IMG/VR virus record: IMGVR_UViG_3300027792_000010
From: a virus
Reading direction: 5' to 3' (one strand)
DNA length: 64,000 nucleotides
Position numbers and translations under genes: made by a program. Shown here one piece after another: positions 1 through 9,643 of this stretch (position 1 is its first letter; each line of letters opens with the position of its first letter). Under the pieces are notes generated by a model. The model saw nothing but the letters and a program-made list of their open reading frames with translations, made no database searches and was not told where the DNA came from.

Positions 1-6
1 ATTTAA

Positions 7-79
7 TGGAGCTAGGCGGATTCGAACCGCCGATCTTTTGAATGCCATTCAAACGCGATCCCAGCTTCGCTATAGCCCC
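7..79 (-). tRNA. tRNA-Ala(GGC)
   Basis: Cloverleaf GGGGCTA...TAGCTCC-A, G3.U70, anticodon loop ATGGCAT; CCA not encoded. Confidence 0.95.
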
Positions 80-256
80 TTAATCCTTTAGATACGTACT
101 TATGAATACATTATTATTTTATTTCCATAGCAAAAGATGTGGCAAGTAACTCATAGGGCTCAGTTTCTATAAGTTCATAATATGTGTTCCGTGGTATATA
201 CTGTATCGTTTTTCTATTAAATACTCCTACCTTTTTTGACTTCTTATATTTATCTT

Positions 257-448
257 TTATCTTTTTAGATATACTTCATCTCTTATATCATAAAACGAAT
301 GATATGAAAAAAATCGAGTCCCTTTTATTCTTATAGCCCCTTCTTCTTTTTCTACTGAAACATCCCTCAAGGTTACTTCAACTCTATACTCACTAACAAT
401 AACAGCAGTTGATTCTTTAGTATTATACTTGATATGTAACATAGCCAT
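257..448 (-). CDS. hypothetical protein (~63 aa)
   Basis: ORF track 257..544 runs through tRNA-Ala; the more plausible start is ATG at 448 after AAGGAG. Confidence 0.55.
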   Translation of the reverse strand: MAMLHIKYNTKESTAVIVSEYRVEVTLRDVSVEKEEGAIRIKGTRFFSYHSFYDIRDEVYLKR

Positions 449-462
449 CTCCTTATTTATAG

Positions 463-535
463 TGGAGCCTGAGGGGATCGAACCCTCGACCTTTGGCTTG
501 CAAAGCCAACGCTCTCCCAATTGAGCTAAGGCCCC
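463..535 (-). tRNA. tRNA-Ala(UGC)
   Basis: Cloverleaf, anticodon arm TTGGC-TTTGCAA-GCCAA; CCA not encoded. Confidence 0.95.
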
Positions 536-543
536 ATAATCCA

Positions 544-1083
544 CTATCCTCTTTTAATATTTTTGTACGCCTTTTTTAGCTTATCTTTAAGTACCATATA
601 CTCCCCGCATGATAACTTTTCAATAAAAAGTAAACCTTCAAGATGCTCGTACTCATGCTGTATGACCCTTGCCAAGAGTCCTGCGGCTTTCTCTATTACT
701 ACTTCCTCACCGCTTTCATTAAGAGCTTTGATAGATACTGTGTCGGGTCTCTTGATCCTCAGTTGTAATCCTGGAAAACTTAGGCATCCCTCAAGGTCTT
801 CAACCAGAGTATCTGACTGATAAGTTATCTCTGGGTTAACAAATACCTGAGGACTATCGTGAGCCTCTGAAATATCTATAATGAAGAATCTGGCAGGTAT
901 GCCTATTTGAGGGGCTGCGATACCTATTCCTTTTTTGTCATACATTACTTTCAAAATCTCTGGGAGTACCTCTTTTAGGTCTTCTATATCAGTACTATTG
1001 AGAAGTCCTGCAGTTTTTCGTAAAACAGAAGAACCGTATATCTTAATAGAATAGGGCGGATCTGAAGGAAGCTCTGTTTCCAT
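544..1083 (-). CDS. def: peptide deformylase
   Basis: Motifs GIGIAAPQIG, EGCLS, QHEYEHLEG. Confidence 0.95.
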   Translation of the reverse strand: METELPSDPPYSIKIYGSSVLRKTAGLLNSTDIEDLKEVLPEILKVMYDKKGIGIAAPQIGIPARFFIIDISEAHDSPQVFVNPEITYQSDTLVEDLEGCLSFPGLQLRIKRPDTVSIKALNESGEEVVIEKAAGLLARVIQHEYEHLEGLLFIEKLSCGEYMVLKDKLKKAYKNIKRG

Positions 1084-1122
1084 ATTATCTCCTATGTATG
1101 TGTATATGTTTGTGTATATATA

Positions 1123-1203
1123 AGCCGGATGAGGGACTCGAACCCCCGATGCCTTGCGGCGCTTGATTACAAGTCAAGTGCAGTACCACTCTGCAAATCC
1201 GGC
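1123..1203 (-). tRNA. tRNA-Thr(UGU) with long variable arm
   Basis: Acceptor GCCGGAT/ATCCGGC, U73, arm CTTGA-CTTGTAA-TCAAG, 14-nt variable region containing GCC-GCAA-GGC. Confidence 0.9.
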
Positions 1204-1217
1204 GTATTATTTAATAT

Positions 1218-1457
1218 TTAATATTCTCTGCGTTTGGACTTTCTACGGATACCACTCTGCTCTTCTCTTTCCCGAGTCTCATTCATCTGTACTTTACGAA
1301 TTGCAGCTTTTGTTTTAGCTCTCTTAATAACGCTAGGTTTATCATAGCGCTGTTTGTTTCTTACTTCTGATAGGACACCGGAATCATCCATTGTCCTTGA
1401 GAACCTTTTGAGAGCTTTCTCAATGTTTTCATTGTCTCTAATCTTTACGCCATTCAT
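1218..1457 (-). CDS. rpsU: ribosomal protein bS21
   Basis: VKIRDNENIEKALKRF...EVRNKQRYDKPS pattern; AGGAG upstream of ATG at 1457. Confidence 0.92.
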   Translation of the reverse strand: MNGVKIRDNENIEKALKRFSRTMDDSGVLSEVRNKQRYDKPSVIKRAKTKAAIRKVQMNETREREEQSGIRRKSKRREY

Positions 1458-1585
1458 CTTAAACTTACTCCTGAGGGTTTTCAACCCTCTGTTGTTTTTA
1501 TAAACATATAATTGGACTCGAACAGACGGCTTGATCCTTATTACCAGAATTTTAGCCCTTAACCATAATGGAGGTCTGATCTAAC

Positions 1586-1750
1586 CTATTTTACTACTAA
1601 CCACTTAAATAATCCATAAAAAATAGTAATTACAACTGCTCCCGCCAAGGGAGACTCACTCTTCAATCTCCAGGCTATTAGGGTCGAAAGAATCCAAATG
1701 CATATTAATAGAATATGCGCCCCGGTAATTTGTGAGACGATGTGATCCAT
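1586..1750 (-). CDS. small two-TM membrane protein (54 aa, below ORF-track cutoff)
   Basis: AGGAG RBS; MDHIVSQITGAHILLICIWILSTLIAWRLKSESPLAGAVVITIFYGLFKWLVVK. Confidence 0.6.
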   Translation of the reverse strand: MDHIVSQITGAHILLICIWILSTLIAWRLKSESPLAGAVVITIFYGLFKWLVVK

Positions 1751-1849
1751 AAAGCTCCTGTTTTTAATGTACTACTTGTTCATTTATATTCATAATAAAA
1801 CCTGCATGGTTGGTTCCCATAAGCATCATCAATAGCACCTATGATAAGT

Positions 1850-2047
1850 TTATGCATTTAATACCATATTTACCTTTATATGCTTTAGAGGAGTCGATAG
1901 AGCGACATACGTATGTAACTCTACTTCTCCTGTAAAAGAATTGGCATCTATATCATAGGAAAATCCTTGATTTTTAGTCGTAAAGAACCTTCCTAGTATA
2001 TGTGCTTGTTCTATTTCTTTTTCGAATTTTTTGAGAGCTTCACCCAT
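1850..2047 (-). CDS. hypothetical protein
   Basis: ORF track, co-oriented with neighbours. Confidence 0.5.
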   Translation of the reverse strand: MGEALKKFEKEIEQAHILGRFFTTKNQGFSYDIDANSFTGEVELHTYVALSTPLKHIKVNMVLNA

Positions 2048-2288
2048 ATATCATTTCCTATTCTGATATTCAAAAGTGCATAGTGAAGACATATATAATT
2101 ATGCGTTCAAGCTTATTATGTTTCTAAGTCTATATCTCTAAAGTGTATAGATAGCTGATAAGTGCGCAGTATAAACACTCGTACAGCACTGACGTTTTTT
2201 ATGCTTGGCTTGTTGGTCGCAAGTCTCTTAGGACCCACTTGGTACTCCTATTACGGCGGCACCTACAAGTTGCCAGGGAATCGATTCT

Positions 2289-2671
2289 CCGATCTATAAA
2301 ACTTACTCAAAACCAACAGGAGTTAGTTTTGATGTTTATTTCTTGCTTCATAGAAACAGCTTTTAAGTTTTAGGTCCTTAAAAGTCTTACACTTTCTCCA
2401 CAAGCTTAAGTTCCGGTCGATCTGACCGTACCGATAACTCATATCCCCGAAGGGAAAGGAGGTATCGTTATTCGAAAGGATAAACTCTTACGGTTAAACC
2501 TATTTGATTCTAACCAGCCCTTAAAGTCTATGTCAAAGAACTAATACCTACTTGTTTTTCGTAGGCATACTTAATATACTTCTTGAATAATTAAAAATTA
2601 AATATTTTTATTAATAGCCTTGAGTAAATTTAATTATATTTTGTATAAATTTATGTGACTGTTAGATTCCC
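2289..2671 (-). mobile_element. non-autonomous IS607-like mini-element (left end plus omegaRNA/right end, no tnpB)
   Basis: Shares CTGTTAGATTCCCT (2659-2672) with the tnpB element left end (33280-33293); 2289-2430 aligns with the tnpB 3' end/right end (31931-32068). Confidence 0.75.
2531..2541 (-). promoter_or_regulatory. boxA-like antitermination motif GTTCTTTGACA (exact copies also at 2848-2858 and 10680-10690)
   Basis: Three identical intergenic 11-mers resembling the rrn boxA consensus. Confidence 0.55.
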
Positions 2672-2931
2672 TACATATCTACCTTATAACCGTTGAGGCT
2701 ATAGACTGATACTCCTCTTATGCTCTATTAGCACCACTTCTCATCCGTTTGCATTGAAGCATAGATACATTTTCATAGATGAGATTTATTGCTTCATTTC
2801 CGGGTAGTGTATACCCATGCATCACTATGCACTTTTCAATACCAGAATGTCAAAGAACAGATACTGACTACAGATTCGAACTACCCTAATTTATTAGCCA
2901 ACTTAAGGGTATTCGTATCTTTAAAACTTAA

Positions 2932-3040
2932 CGGAGGGTGAGGGATTTGAACCCCCAAACCCGTAAGGGTGACGGTTTTCGCCGGAACATCTCATGGGTG
3001 TGCCGACAAGACCGTTGACTTACCATTAGCCTAACCCTCC
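2932..3040 (-). tRNA. tRNA-Ser(UGA) with 27-nt insertion in the anticodon (2980-3006)
   Basis: GGAGGGT acceptor, G73, long V arm; removing 27 nt restores ACGGT-CTTGAAA-ACCGT. Confidence 0.85.
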
Positions 3041-3138
3041 GATTATTGAGTCGGAACCGACCACCGAGGTAAACCTCGCCACCAGGGAGTTGGTCCATTT
3101 CTGGAATGATAGCTTTTTTAACGCCCTGCCGACTCCTT

Positions 3139-3576
3139 TTAAACTTTCTCCCAACTCTCTACTACACCTTCAATAGATTTAAAGATAGGGTTTACATCAG
3201 GTACCCCTATATTTTGTATTTTTTGCAATCTATCTGGATCTCTTATCTTCAATTTACTTTTAAGATGGTCAAACTCATACAGAATTTGCCCAGTAGATAC
3301 GGTTATCACACTGCTTTCTTTCACTATCCTCTTTATAACTATTTTATCTACACTATATCTGTATCCCCTTTTTTTAGCTTCATCGTATATGGTATATAGG
3401 TAGTTACAGATAGTATACACAGGATCTGAAGTCTTTTTGAACCTCTCAAGCTGCGGGTGATTTTTATATCCCACGGTTCTACTCAGTAATACATCCTGAG
3501 CTAGAAGTCCCTCTCTCCAGCAAGCTGTTAATCCCTTAACATCCAGATACTTTGGGTGTATACTCCATAGCCTCAT
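3139..3576 (-). CDS. pyrimidine-dimer DNA glycosylase / endonuclease V family
   Basis: MRLWSIHPKYLD...WREGLLAQ...GYKNHPQLERF signature. Confidence 0.88.
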   Translation of the reverse strand: MRLWSIHPKYLDVKGLTACWREGLLAQDVLLSRTVGYKNHPQLERFKKTSDPVYTICNYLYTIYDEAKKRGYRYSVDKIVIKRIVKESSVITVSTGQILYEFDHLKSKLKIRDPDRLQKIQNIGVPDVNPIFKSIEGVVESWEKV

Positions 3577-3957
3577 TTATTTTTCAATCTCCATGCGCCA
3601 GTAAACTATTGGAAGTAATTCTTTTTCTATAGTCCCTAATTCTTTTGGCAGCTGCTCCAAGGATATATCATACATAAGATACTTTAATTTTCTATGAAAG
3701 TCCACACTTGTTTTTGTACTTACTTGTATAGTCTGACCCCTGACTATAACTTTCGAAGTTTTACCAAAGTCAGAAAAGGTTACGTTATCATCAATGACTA
3801 TTTCTGAGATATCTATTAGATATCTCTGGAAGTCCTCATTATCGAACTGCACATGCGTGAGTACTTTTACAAGATTATTCAATTTACTTTCTTCAAGTAT
3901 AGGAATAAGTTTTTTAAAATTTTCTTTAGTGTAGTAAGTAGATATAACTATTTCCAT
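3577..3957 (-). CDS. hypothetical protein
   Basis: ORF track; AGGAG RBS. Confidence 0.65.
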   Translation of the reverse strand: MEIVISTYYTKENFKKLIPILEESKLNNLVKVLTHVQFDNEDFQRYLIDISEIVIDDNVTFSDFGKTSKVIVRGQTIQVSTKTSVDFHRKLKYLMYDISLEQLPKELGTIEKELLPIVYWRMEIEK

Positions 3958-4037
3958 AACAACTCCTTCAGTGGTAACATATTATTAAGTACATAAATCT
4001 GTTGTATATAACAACTATACTGCATGCGCATTAATCT

Positions 4038-4247
4038 CTACCTTGTTACTGCCGAAGTAGCAGTCTCAGTTTTGATGTATTCTATTTCTTCAGGAACGTT
4101 AGTAGTTCCTGTTATAACTACGTTTTTGAGGCAGTTAGTACATTCAAAAACATAGGCTCGAACTCCTATTGCAGTAGGGTAACTTGCTGTTTTCTTCATA
4201 GTACCCTTTTTGCAGGTCATACATGAGTCATTGATCCTAATCGCCAT
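4038..4247 (-). CDS. small zinc-ribbon protein
   Basis: CxxC...CxxC pairs (CMTC, CTNC). Confidence 0.6.
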   Translation of the reverse strand: MAIRINDSCMTCKKGTMKKTASYPTAIGVRAYVFECTNCLKNVVITGTTNVPEEIEYIKTETATSAVTR

Positions 4248-4250
4248 TAT

Positions 4251-4706
4251 TTACCCCTTGGAAAGCTTATCTCTGACTATTTGGTTTATTGTTTTTCCGT
4301 CTGCTCTACCTTTAACAATAGATAAAATCTTACTCATCACCATACCCATTTGTTTAATAGATACGGGCTCAGATATTGATATAACCGTATCAATAATTTG
4401 AGATAGTTCTTCTTCGGTAAGAGGAGTTGGTAGGTAGGACTTATATACCTTTACCTCGTATTCATTAATATCAACCAAATCTTGTCTTGATGCTTTCTTA
4501 AACATCTCTGAAGCATCTTCTCGTTGTTTAATACACCTGGAGATAACAGTAATAGCCATATCGTCTGAAACTTCTTTTCGATTTTTGATAACTTCATTCT
4601 GGATCTCTGAATCGAGAAGACGAAGACAAGAAACTTTAGATGATTCACGGGCTTTCATTGCAGCCTTAATGTCATCCCTAATTTTGATGTAAATATCTGA
4701 AGCCAT
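4251..4706 (-). CDS. yqeY: GatB/YqeY domain protein
   Basis: IKAAMKA...KQREDASEMF...E...YLP..LTEEEL..II...MGMVM...GRADG pattern. Confidence 0.9.
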   Translation of the reverse strand: MASDIYIKIRDDIKAAMKARESSKVSCLRLLDSEIQNEVIKNRKEVSDDMAITVISRCIKQREDASEMFKKASRQDLVDINEYEVKVYKSYLPTPLTEEELSQIIDTVISISEPVSIKQMGMVMSKILSIVKGRADGKTINQIVRDKLSKG

Positions 4707-4728
4707 AAAAGTCCCTTTCTGTAATTAA

Positions 4729-4760
4729 TTATAATATACTTTTTACCAATTTAATTTTAA
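4729..4760 (-). promoter_or_regulatory. recurrent sigma70-like promoter TT(G)NNN-N17-TATATT with AAAAAG just before the -10; copies near 4735, 6405, 11618, 15219, 27785, 34341, 38047, 47093, 50475, 53590
   Basis: Motif AAAAAGTATATT repeated in intergenic gaps; TTGATA, TTGATC or TTGCTA found 17 nt upstream in the copies at 11618, 15219, 47093 and 53590. Confidence 0.8.
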
Positions 4761-4867
4761 AGAAAATTATTATGAATTACTTTTAATAATAAATATTTGA
4801 TAATCTACTAATTAAAGCGGTAAAATATGGGTAAATCTATAACTGCAACTATAGGAGTACAGGCATC

Positions 4868-5677
4868 ATGTGGGTCTTCTTAGCAAATCTCAATCCGTGG
4901 CTTTCTTACAGTCTTCTTGTCTTATGTTTAATAGCACTAGTAGTTATCTCTTTAAGAGGTAAACTTTTTGTGCAGTGGGATAAAGACAAGGTTATAGGAG
5001 TAGGTAGAGGCAGTAAAAAGGATGAAAAAGAATTAGAATCCTCGAATAAAAAGGGGGACCCTGTTAGTAGACACCCAGATACGTATATAGTCCCTAGCTG
5101 CTCTGATTGTATACTCCTTGTATTAGGGATGAGGGAGAAGGCTCAGATGGCTATGGATAAAGTAGAAAATCATATATTGAAAAATCAGATGAACTTTTGT
5201 GAACAAAAGCTTGCCGAATTAACATCTCTAATACTTAATGAATTTTCTAAAGTCATTGGTAATAAGGAGGCTATAATAAGTGAAGCTCTCCGATATGAGA
5301 TTGTTAGGGCATTACTGTCAGAGATCATAGAAAGACTTAAATCTGAGATAAGAAGGTCATTTAAAGAGAATGGCTTCTATGAGTTCGGGGATGGAGAATT
5401 CTCTAATTACGTAAATAATAGATATGACTATCTGGCTACAATCTCTGACCAGCACTATAGCAACAGGTATCTTGCCTATAGTTCTATCCTACCCTTTGAT
5501 TTGATAAGTGGAATTTTTGATAATAATAAGGACAAAATATACTCTATAGTAAGGGAAATATATACAATATCTAAGAGTATAAAAGCAAAAGCTAACGAAG
5601 ATATGGAAGAAGAAAAGAAAGCTTTTGCTGAAGAAGTTAGATCATTCGTAAAATCAAGAGGAGCACCAATATACTAA
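4868..5677 (+). CDS. membrane-anchored hypothetical protein; the only convincing plus-strand gene
   Basis: 269 aa, N-terminal hydrophobic helix, AGGAG RBS, occupies a gap free of minus-strand ORFs. Confidence 0.8.
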   Translation: MWVFLANLNPWLSYSLLVLCLIALVVISLRGKLFVQWDKDKVIGVGRGSKKDEKELESSNKKGDPVSRHPDTYIVPSCSDCILLVLGMREKAQMAMDKVENHILKNQMNFCEQKLAELTSLILNEFSKVIGNKEAIISEALRYEIVRALLSEIIERLKSEIRRSFKENGFYEFGDGEFSNYVNNRYDYLATISDQHYSNRYLAYSSILPFDLISGIFDNNKDKIYSIVREIYTISKSIKAKANEDMEEEKKAFAEEVRSFVKSRGAPIY

Positions 5678-5730
5678 GCCTATGAAAGGGTTATTTTTCC
5701 ATCTTAGATACATAATAAAAATAACCCAAT

Positions 5731-6360
5731 TTAATCTTTTCCAGCAATAAGATTTTCCCAGTTTGGAAGGCGCTCAGTAAACTTGAAGAATGTAGCCCAC
5801 TCTTCTGACTTCTGAGTCTTTCTGGCAAGGTACATACCTCGGATAGCTTGATAAGACACCATAACAGTAGCTCCTAGTAATCTACCAGAAGGCATTCTTT
5901 TTTTTATTCGACGAAGTATCTTAGTCTTTGTACTGGTATCAGCTTTTTGGTACTGACCGATAAGACTATTTAGGTCTGAGATAATATTTTGAAAACTTTC
6001 TCGGTCATCATCGTCTTCATCTACAAAATCTTTTATAGTCAAAGGTCTATCAAAAGACTCCTCATCTACAGGATCTGTTATAACCTCTACACCAGTTCTA
6101 TAGGATTTGAACTCTAACCACCAATGCCTTGGACCTATGATATCTGCATAGACCAGAATAAAACGATTGAATTTACTCTTATCAGGGCCTGCTTTCACAA
6201 AGGTCTTCATGATAGCAAGTTCATTTTTGGTGGGTTGGTATCCTTCAGCAAATGATAAAGCTTGGTTGTCATCCCCTAAATTAGAGTTATGAAATCTACG
6301 AAGACCTCTAAGCGCATGCTGAGTACCGTACACAGCTACATTTGTAATTAATAGTGACAT
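5731..6360 (-). CDS. ThyX/Thy1-like phage protein (divergent)
   Basis: NVAVYGTQHALRGLR and YADIIGPRHWWLEF resemble phage Thy1-like proteins; catalytic motif not evident. Confidence 0.5.
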   Translation of the reverse strand: MSLLITNVAVYGTQHALRGLRRFHNSNLGDDNQALSFAEGYQPTKNELAIMKTFVKAGPDKSKFNRFILVYADIIGPRHWWLEFKSYRTGVEVITDPVDEESFDRPLTIKDFVDEDDDDRESFQNIISDLNSLIGQYQKADTSTKTKILRRIKKRMPSGRLLGATVMVSYQAIRGMYLARKTQKSEEWATFFKFTERLPNWENLIAGKD

Positions 6361-6434
6361 TTCATCCTCTGGTGTATTAGTTCTTTCATGTCCCTTAATA
6401 ACTTAATATACTTTTTGGAAGATAGAATTGAAAG

Positions 6435-8456
6435 CTAATCCTTCTTTTTAGAGTAAGATTTCTTTTTGAACTCCATAGGAGTCCCGTCTATGTTGAACAT
6501 CTGGCGACAGGCCGGGAATTTTGAGCAACCTCCAAACTCTTTACCCGTCTTTGTACTTACTCGTATAGCTATCTTAGCTCCGCATTTATTACACTTTACT
6601 CCATCCAGATATCTTACTTCTTTTTTAGCTATAGGTTGTTTATCCTCACCTATCTGGAACATTGCTTTACATTGGTCTTTTCCTTTAAGGATAAAACCCG
6701 AGCATCCGTAAAATTCTCCAAATTTACTTCTTTTTATAGATAGCTTGTTTCTACCGCAGGTAGGACATACTATGTCTGTTTCAACATTATGTTTGGAACT
6801 TTTACTACTACTTGCCGTATCTAACCTCTTTTTTAGTTCCGTATAAAAGTCACCTACAGTATCGTACCATACCAATTTTCCTTCTGCTATCTCATCTAAC
6901 TTATCTTCTATACGAGCTGTGTATCCTATATCCATAAGCTCTGGAAAAGCACCAACAAGATACTCACATACTATATTACCTAGGTCTGTAGGTTTAAAAG
7001 CCTTACCTTCCCTTGTAACATATGTCCGTAGCGTAAGAGTGTCTATGATACTAGCGTAAGTAGAAGGACGACCTACTCCAGACTCTTCAAGAGTTTTCAC
7101 TAATGAAGCGTCATTAAAAGCCGCTGGAGGTTTGGTAAAGTGCTGTTCCGGGACTACCTCAGTTAGATTAGTATTCTCTTTTTCATGCATCTCCGGCAAT
7201 TCCTCATCTTTCGTATTAGCATAAGGCCATGCTTTAAGGAATCCATCAAATACTATCTTCTGACCGTTAGCCACAAAAAGATGCTTTCCGCTGTTAGATT
7301 GTACTGTTACTTTCCCTGCATCAAATATGGCATCTGCCATCTGACACGAAACAAACTTATAGTATATCGCCTCATAGAGCTTATACTGGTCAGTATCCAA
7401 AGAATTTCTATAGTTAGATAGAGGTTCATCTATATGAGATGGCCTTATACCTTCATGAGCTTCTTGGGCTGACTTATTTTTAGTTTTGTAGAATCGAGGT
7501 TGTGCAGGAAGGTACTTCTGTCCAAAAGCTGATGGGATAAAAGCCCTCACGGAGTCCATGGCTTCCTTACTGATATTTGTGGAGTCCGTTCTGTGGTATG
7601 TAATACACCCTGCCTCATAGAGACTCTGAGCCACGCTCATTGTCTTCTTCCCAGGCCATCCAAAGTTAGTAGCGCAGAATTGCTGCATTGTTGAGGTAGT
7701 AAATAAAGGAGTTGGTTTGCGTATCTTCTCATTCTTTTCGAGAGAGGCGATCTTCCATCCTGATTCTTTATTTATACTCTGTACAAGATTCTCTGATTGA
7801 GTACTATTAGTTATCTTATCTTTAGAACTATACATAGCAGTAAATGGTTTATTTCTTACTGTTTTAAATAGTCCTGTTATATCCCAGTATTCCTCTGGTA
7901 CAAAAGAATCTATTTCCTTCTGCCTATCTACTATAAGTTTCAAGCCTATAGACTGAACTCTACCAGCACTAGTACCTTTCATTACTTTACGCCATAGTAT
8001 CGGTGATACACTATACCCGACTAGTCTATCAAGTACGGCTCTAGCTTGCTGAGAGTGGTACATAGGTTCATTTAGAGTTGTGGCGTTATTGAATGCCCCT
8101 AAGACAGCCGATTTGGTAATTTCATGGAAGGTTACTCTTTTTATCGGAGCACCATTCTTAACAATAAACTTTGCAATATGCCATCCTATGGCCTCTCCCT
8201 CTCTGTCTGGGTCGGAAGCTATATATACTGTTGAACAGGATTTCACAGCATCCTTGAGTTCTTGGATTACTTTTGACTTTTTTAAAGCCGGAACATACTT
8301 AGGTTCAAAGTTATTATCGATATCGATAGAGGTACCTTTTGGGTCTATTTGGAAACAGTGCCCGAAAGAAGCTTTCACTATATAGCCAGAACCTAAAAAA
8401 CCTTGTATCTTATTTACTTTTGCTGGACTTTCGACTATTACTAGACTTTTTCCCAT
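6435..8456 (-). CDS. topA: DNA topoisomerase I (type IA) with C-terminal zinc ribbons
   Basis: LVIVESPAK, ASDPDREGE, SAGRVQS, ITYHRTDS, GVGRPSTYA. Confidence 0.97.
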   Translation of the reverse strand: MGKSLVIVESPAKVNKIQGFLGSGYIVKASFGHCFQIDPKGTSIDIDNNFEPKYVPALKKSKVIQELKDAVKSCSTVYIASDPDREGEAIGWHIAKFIVKNGAPIKRVTFHEITKSAVLGAFNNATTLNEPMYHSQQARAVLDRLVGYSVSPILWRKVMKGTSAGRVQSIGLKLIVDRQKEIDSFVPEEYWDITGLFKTVRNKPFTAMYSSKDKITNSTQSENLVQSINKESGWKIASLEKNEKIRKPTPLFTTSTMQQFCATNFGWPGKKTMSVAQSLYEAGCITYHRTDSTNISKEAMDSVRAFIPSAFGQKYLPAQPRFYKTKNKSAQEAHEGIRPSHIDEPLSNYRNSLDTDQYKLYEAIYYKFVSCQMADAIFDAGKVTVQSNSGKHLFVANGQKIVFDGFLKAWPYANTKDEELPEMHEKENTNLTEVVPEQHFTKPPAAFNDASLVKTLEESGVGRPSTYASIIDTLTLRTYVTREGKAFKPTDLGNIVCEYLVGAFPELMDIGYTARIEDKLDEIAEGKLVWYDTVGDFYTELKKRLDTASSSKSSKHNVETDIVCPTCGRNKLSIKRSKFGEFYGCSGFILKGKDQCKAMFQIGEDKQPIAKKEVRYLDGVKCNKCGAKIAIRVSTKTGKEFGGCSKFPACRQMFNIDGTPMEFKKKSYSKKKD

Positions 8457-8520
8457 ATTTCTCTTTTCTCAAAGGTGTCCTTAAATATACCTTCTGGGCA
8501 AATAAAATTAAAGAAAGAAT

Positions 8521-8595
8521 TGGGGTGAGTAGTCGGTATCGACCCGGCTCTAATGGTTTCACAGACCATCGTGCTACCTTTACACTATACTCACC
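8521..8595 (-). tRNA. tRNA-His(GUG)
   Basis: Encoded G-1:C73 pair, loop CTGTGAA, CCA encoded. Confidence 0.95.
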
Positions 8596-8806
8596 GTAAT
8601 CTGTTTTTATTACCCCATGTATCTGTTTGAGTATGGCAGTTAGGGCATAACATTATTATGTTTTCCAATTTATTATTTTTTTATTTCCATCTTTATGATG
8701 CAGCTGAATAGCTATTTCTATACCATTCCACGAAACTATATTACAATTTTCACACTTATTTGATTTGTAACCATATTCTATAAGTTTATTCTTAAATTTA
8801 TAATTA

Positions 8807-9037
8807 TTACTTATTTGAATACCTATCCGAATACCAATCTAATCTCTTAATAACTTCATCTCTATACTCTGGTCCATAAATATCTCCGACCGAGGTGCTG
8901 ACTCGTTCTCTGGTAGTTTTATATTTCCACTTATGTTTTACTGAAGCATCGTAGAAATGGGTCCAACTTACCATCATGTTATTTTTCTTCAATATCTCCA
9001 GGATATACTCAAGAGGTATACCTAAAATTGAAGACAT
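8807..9037 (-). CDS. hypothetical protein
   Basis: ORF track; GGAG RBS. Confidence 0.6.
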   Translation of the reverse strand: MSSILGIPLEYILEILKKNNMMVSWTHFYDASVKHKWKYKTTRERVSTSVGDIYGPEYRDEVIKRLDWYSDRYSNK

Positions 9038-9187
9038 AGGCTCAAAGACTCCTGATACGATCAGCTTACCATCATCAGTTTCACCTACAACTGTTAAGGT
9101 AACAGTACTCCGTTTGCTTTTAGCATGGGGGTGTCTCCTTTTCTATTTATATTACAAGTTTTTCATATGGATTACAATTATTTTAAA

Positions 9188-9271
9188 CAAGTGCGGAGGG
9201 ACTCGAACCCCCACAGACTCAAAGAGTCACGGTTTTGGAGACCGCTGAACTACCTATTATTCTACGCACTT
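9188..9271 (-). tRNA. tRNA-Trp(CCA) with long variable arm
   Basis: A1-U72, G73, loop CTCCAAA, 16-nt variable region GACTC-TTT-GAGTC. Confidence 0.9.
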
Positions 9272-9552
9272 ATGTTTATTTTCATGTATGTCATGTACAC
9301 TATAGACAATTGTGGTAATTTTTTCTGCTTGATTCAATATTGATATTAATCTTTGTTTTATCTTTTCGTCAGTGGCAGATAGAAGTAATAGTTCAGCATT
9401 TCCGATGATACAGCATAGAGCGTTACAGATATCATGATGTTCTTTCATGATTAACCCCCTCATTAGATGTTAGTAGAGTCACATAGGGGTATTATATGGG
9501 TCTGCGTATAATAGTATTAAATAAATTAATGTATTATTATAAAGTAAAGAAA

Positions 9553-9636
9553 TGGTGTCCGAGGAGGGACTCCAACCCCCATGCCATAAGCGGCAGGGCT
9601 TAAACCTGCTGTGTCTAGCAATTCCACCACTCGGAC
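9553..9636 (-). tRNA. tRNA-Leu(UAA)
   Basis: Class II cloverleaf, loop TTTAAGC, CCA encoded. Confidence 0.92.
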
Positions 9637-9643
9637 AAATATA

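Noticed and set aside
2190-2530. tmRNA or RNase P RNA
   Set aside because: No Ala-type acceptor/T-arm ends and no GAGGAAAGTCC core; the central part is explained by the IS607 omegaRNA.
2862-2920. tRNA remnant containing GTTCGAATC
   Set aside because: The T stem has only 2-3 pairs and there is no acceptor or D arm; not supportable.
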